Shown piece after piece: positions 58,810 through 64,000 of a DNA stretch of 64,000 nt. The stretch's first letter is position 1. Every line of letters begins with the position of its first letter. The position numbers and the translations under genes are program-made. The notes beneath the pieces are model-generated. The model searched no databases. It had not been told where the DNA came from and saw nothing but the letters and a program-made list of their open reading frames with translations. Origin of the DNA: Octopus vulgaris (taxonomy: Eukaryota); NCBI GenBank assembly GCA_951406725.2, contig OX597820.1, positions 101,556,001 through 101,620,000 of the forward strand, written 5' to 3'.

Positions 58810-60432
58810 ACAATAAAGGAACGGCCATAATAGGCCATTCACCCACTAGAAATAACAGCCAAAGCTTCAACCGCAAATAAAAGTTAATTCAGTAAACCAG
58901 GAGAAAATTTAAAAAACATTTACCCTGTAATTTCTTATACGATATACCGTTTCATCTGCTGATTAATGGTAAACTAACCTGATTAAATTAAATCAAGCCA
59001 ATCTTCCACAGGCCCTCAGATTCTTCAGTAAGAAATAGCCCAAGACGGAACAGATATTTTCACGAGGCATTTCCGACGTTGCCAAGTTAATATCTGACCT
59101 AAAATTTTCAAATCGTCGCACTCGCGCCAAATTTATCGGCAGCAAATAAATATAAGCCGTCGATTCCATTACGGAATTAACCAGAAAATTCATAATTAAT
59201 CAATATAGGGTGGCAAAAAAAATTTTGTAGAATTCTTTTGCCACCAGCGGCCTAGTAGGAAAAAATTAAAATAGTCAAAGACCATTTTTAAGTTCAACAT
59301 CAACAATAAAGGAACGGCCATAATAGGCCATTCACCCACTAGAAATAACAGCCAAAGCTTCAACCGCAAATAAAAGTTAATTCAGTAAACCAGGAGAAAA
59401 TTTAAAAAACATTTACCCTGTAATTTCTTATACGATATACCGTTTCATCTGCTGATTAATGGTAAACTAACCTGATTAAATTAAATCAAGCCAATCTTCC
59501 ACAGGCCCTCAGATTCTTCAGTAAGAAATAGCCCAAGACGGAACAGATATTTTCACGAGGCATTTCCGACGTTGCCAAGTTAATATCTGACCTAAAATTT
59601 TCAAATCGTCGCACTCGCGCCAAATTTATCGGCAGCAAATAAATATAAGCCGTCGATTCCATTACGGAATTAACCAGAAAATTCATAATTAATCAATATA
59701 GGGTGGCAAAAAAATTTTGTAGAATTCTTTTGCCACCAGCGGCCTAGTAGGAAAAAATTAAAATAGTCAAAGACCATTTTTAAGTTCAACATCAACAATA
59801 AAGGAACGGCCATAATAGGCCATTCACCCACTAGAAATAACAGCCAAAGCTTCAACCGCAAATAAAAGTTAATTCAGTAAACCAGGAGAAAATTTAAAAA
59901 ACATTTACCCTGTAAATGTTTTTTTGCCACCCTATATTGATTAATTATGAATTTTCTGGTTAATTCCGTAATGGAATCGACGGCTTATATTTATTTGCTG
60001 CCGATAAATTTGGCGCGAGTGCGACGATTTGAAAATTTTAGGTCAGATATTAACTTGGCAACGTCGGAAATGCCTCGTGAAAATATCTGTTCCGTCTTGG
60101 GCTATTTCTTACTGAAGAATCTGAGGGCCTGTGGAAGATTGGCTTGATTTAATTTAATCAGGTTAGTTTACCATTAATCAGCAGATGAAACGGTATATCG
60201 TATAAGAAATTACAGGGTAAATGTTTTTTAAATTTTCTCCTGGTTTACTGAATTAACTTTTATTTGCGGTTGAAGCTTTGGCTGTTATTTCTAGTGGGTG
60301 AATGGCCTATTATGGCCGTTCCTTTATTGTTGATGTTGAACTTAAAAATGGTCTTTGACTATTTTAATTTTTTCCTACTAGGCCGCTGGTGGCAAAAGAA
60401 TTCTACAAAATTTTTTTTGCCACCCTATATTG

Positions 60433-60435
<3 letters not shown>
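58807..60435. mobile_element. (TA)n-flanked 493/492-bp tandem array (~2.25 units) followed by an inverted full unit
   Basis: Unit starts at 58807, 59300 and 59792; inverted copy ~59919-60435; (TA)n on both sides. Same architecture as 48152-49553 but unrelated sequence; no canonical hammerhead seen. Confidence 0.7.
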
Positions 60436-60514
<79 letters not shown>

Positions 60515-60561
60515 CATATACATATTTGTATATGTGCACACACACGCGCGCGTACACACAC

Positions 60562-60607
<46 letters not shown>

Positions 60608-60608
60608 G

Positions 60609-60792
60609 TCGGGTTGGCAACTAAGTTCCCACCGTTTTTTTAAATTGAGGAATTGAAAATATTGCTGAACGTTGGGAAGAAGTTGTAAAGAACAAGGGTG
60701 AATACATTATTGATTAATTAGTTGCTATTTTTTATTAAACCTTTTAAAAATTTCAATTTTAAAAAACGGCGGGGACTTAGTTGCCAACCCAA
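60609..60792. mobile_element. Mariner-derived MITE; a second copy begins at 63883 and runs off the window
   Basis: gggttggcaactaagttccc...gggacttagttgccaaccc TIRs; retains the ERWEEVVKNKGEYIID* tail of a transposase. Confidence 0.85.
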
Positions 60793-60902
60793 CATATATA
60801 TATTAGTTTCAATTTAAAATGTTACAGGATACGTGAAATATTTTCAGCGATATTTTTATTCAATAATAAAAAAGATGAACAACAGTTTGGAGAAATTAAA
60901 AT

Positions 60903-61162
60903 TTATAGCATGAAGTTATTCGCATTCTTTTTACATTTACTCCTAAAATAGCAAATTACGGCATTGTTGAGTCTCATATTGCTCAATTCTGTATCTGTGA
61001 TTCTTGAAAATCGTTCCCCGTTTACCTTCCTTTTACGGAGAGTTTCTAACAAATTTTGGCTCACGTTGAAGCAGGAGAAAAACTGGCACATTTCTTCGAC
61101 GTTGAATTCAATAATGTTACCACTCGCTGGAATCTGGAAACCTTGCGGCTCATCTTTTGCCT
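60903..61162 (-). CDS. Terminal exon of paralogous gene B: SAM-like domain, C-terminus ...NANNFML*
   Basis: Acceptor atatttttag| (phase 1, same as gene A). Translation AKDEPQGFQIPASGNIIEFNVEEMCQFFSCFNVSQNLLETLRKRKVNGERFSRITDTELSNMRLNNAVICYFRSKCKKNANNFML aligns by eye with the gene A exon (IP..G...F, C.N, NG, L, NN, YFR, FML). Upstream exons not resolved. Confidence 0.75.
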
Positions 61163-61194
61163 CTAAAAATATTCAGTGAATATATTTATAAGAA

Positions 61195-62270
<1,076 letters not shown>

Positions 62271-62975
62271 GCCAATTATCGAGGTTTATCTTGATTTTTC
62301 TCTAATAGGAGATAAAATTTGGAAACTAAAGAAACTAATATCATTAGTCATGAGAAGATGCATAGCTTAAAGGTGAGGCCTTGATTGTAAGATCACGGGT
62401 TCAATTCTCGAGATGCACGCTGCCTTGTTCGGACAAGGTGCTGTATAACACATTGATCCAATCCAATTATCCAGCGAAAACTACTATTAAGACTGGTCGA
62501 GCTTCATTTTGGGGCAGCAACGTTAATAATCCGATGGCACAGCCAAGAACCTCTAGGCAGAAAGAAGAATACACCCAACGATGGACTGATGTATTTCCAC
62601 CTTTAACTCTTTACTCTCTTTTCTATTTATTGCTATGCGTGTACTAAATATGTTTAGATAAGGAGGTGTCCGAATAATATCCAGGTGTGCAGTAATGAGC
62701 AACACGCATCTTTAAACTTTTATAGATTTTATTTAAGATTTCATTTGTGTCAATCATTAGACTGAAGCCATTCTGGAACACCACCTTGAAGAAGTTTAGT
62801 CAACGAATTCAAGTTTTATTCTTATTTATTTATTTATTTATTTTGTAAAGCGTGGTGCTTATTCTATCGGTGTCTTTTGCCCAACTGCTACGTTACGGGG
62901 ACGTAAACATACAAACACCGGTTGTGAAGCGGTTATGGGGGACAAACGTAGACACAGAGACACACACACACTGAT

Positions 62976-63056
<81 letters not shown>

Positions 63057-64000
63057 CACTTCTTTCAGTTTCCGTCTGCCAAATCCACTCACAAGGTTTT
63101 GGTCGGCCCGAGGCCGTATATACAGACACTTGCCCAATTGTCACGCAATGGGACTGAACCATGTGGCTGAAAAGCAAACTTCTTACCACACAGCCACGCG
63201 AGAGACTGTAAATACTTTCATTGCTTTGTTACATGAATTTAAGTGACATTATTCTTCATTTTTCAAATATTTTCAGTTTTTGTCGTTTTGTTTGAAAGCT
63301 TAAACATTTCTATTGAGATACACGTAAGTACTTTCTCAAATGAGCAAAACACCTTTTCTTATAAAATTTTATGAGAAATTTCATGTGAAAATTTTAGAGG
63401 CCAATATTTTCCTATTCAAACAACAGAACTGTCAGTATTCATACTTTATGCATAAAATAAATATATATATATTTAAGTATTATTATTTATGCAGTACCAA
63501 TATTACACTTATCCAGGCAATAAAGACAATTAGCTTTCTTTTCCTTACATTTTGAATTGTCCATAACATTTTAAAATAAACTGATTCTCAATAGGTAAAA
63601 TCTAATTTAAAAATTCATATAAATATTTAAAAAAAATTTTCTTTTAATAAATCTCAGAAGTTTCAAGAGTAAGTTATGTATCCATCTGATGAGGATTTAG
63701 GTAATGGACAGAGTTGGAAAGTATTTCATAAAGCTCAAGTAAAGAATATTGGCAGCACAGCAAGTGTATTAAAATTCTTTTTAAATAAAATTTTAAATAT
63801 AAAACTATAAATATAAAAACAAACACTCAAATCACTTAAATATATCAATGTACTAATTAACTTTTCAAATAAATTATATATATTGGGTTGGCAACTAAGT
63901 TCCGCCGTTTTTTTTAAATTTTGGAATTTATTGCGTTTTTAAATTTTGGAATCTATTTTTTCGAGAATTCTAGTTTTGAATCATTTTAAAATCTGTATTT

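Overview
AT-rich, microsatellite-saturated eukaryotic DNA. The tRNA-derived SINE families and repeat landscape resemble octopus (cephalopod) genomes; this is inferred from memory of those families, not from a search. Almost all long ORFs in the supplied track are microsatellite or SINE artefacts. The host coding content I can support is on the minus strand. (1) A phase-consistent 3-exon gene model (39225-39146, 15859-15552, 14099-13831) gives a 218-aa protein: acidic N-terminus, eight 10-aa (D/N)SR(GG/DE)RYSLS-type repeats, and a C-terminal SAM-like domain ending in FML. (2) A diverged paralogous SAM-like terminal exon at 61162-60903 also ends in FML. The rest is mobile DNA: several mariner copies and MITEs, Tc2/pogo-like and hAT-like MITEs, a Merlin transposase remnant, Helitron ends, and RTE, HERO, R4/Dong and CR1-group LINE fragments. 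The most unusual signal is four unrelated fold-back or tandem-plus-inverted elements, each embedded in (TA)n. A 362-bp tandem repeat among them carries a minimal type I hammerhead-ribozyme fold in every unit, which suggests Penelope-like pseudo-LTRs or non-LTR retrozymes and possibly a 362-nt circular RNA. No CRISPR array, rRNA or bona fide tRNA gene is supported.
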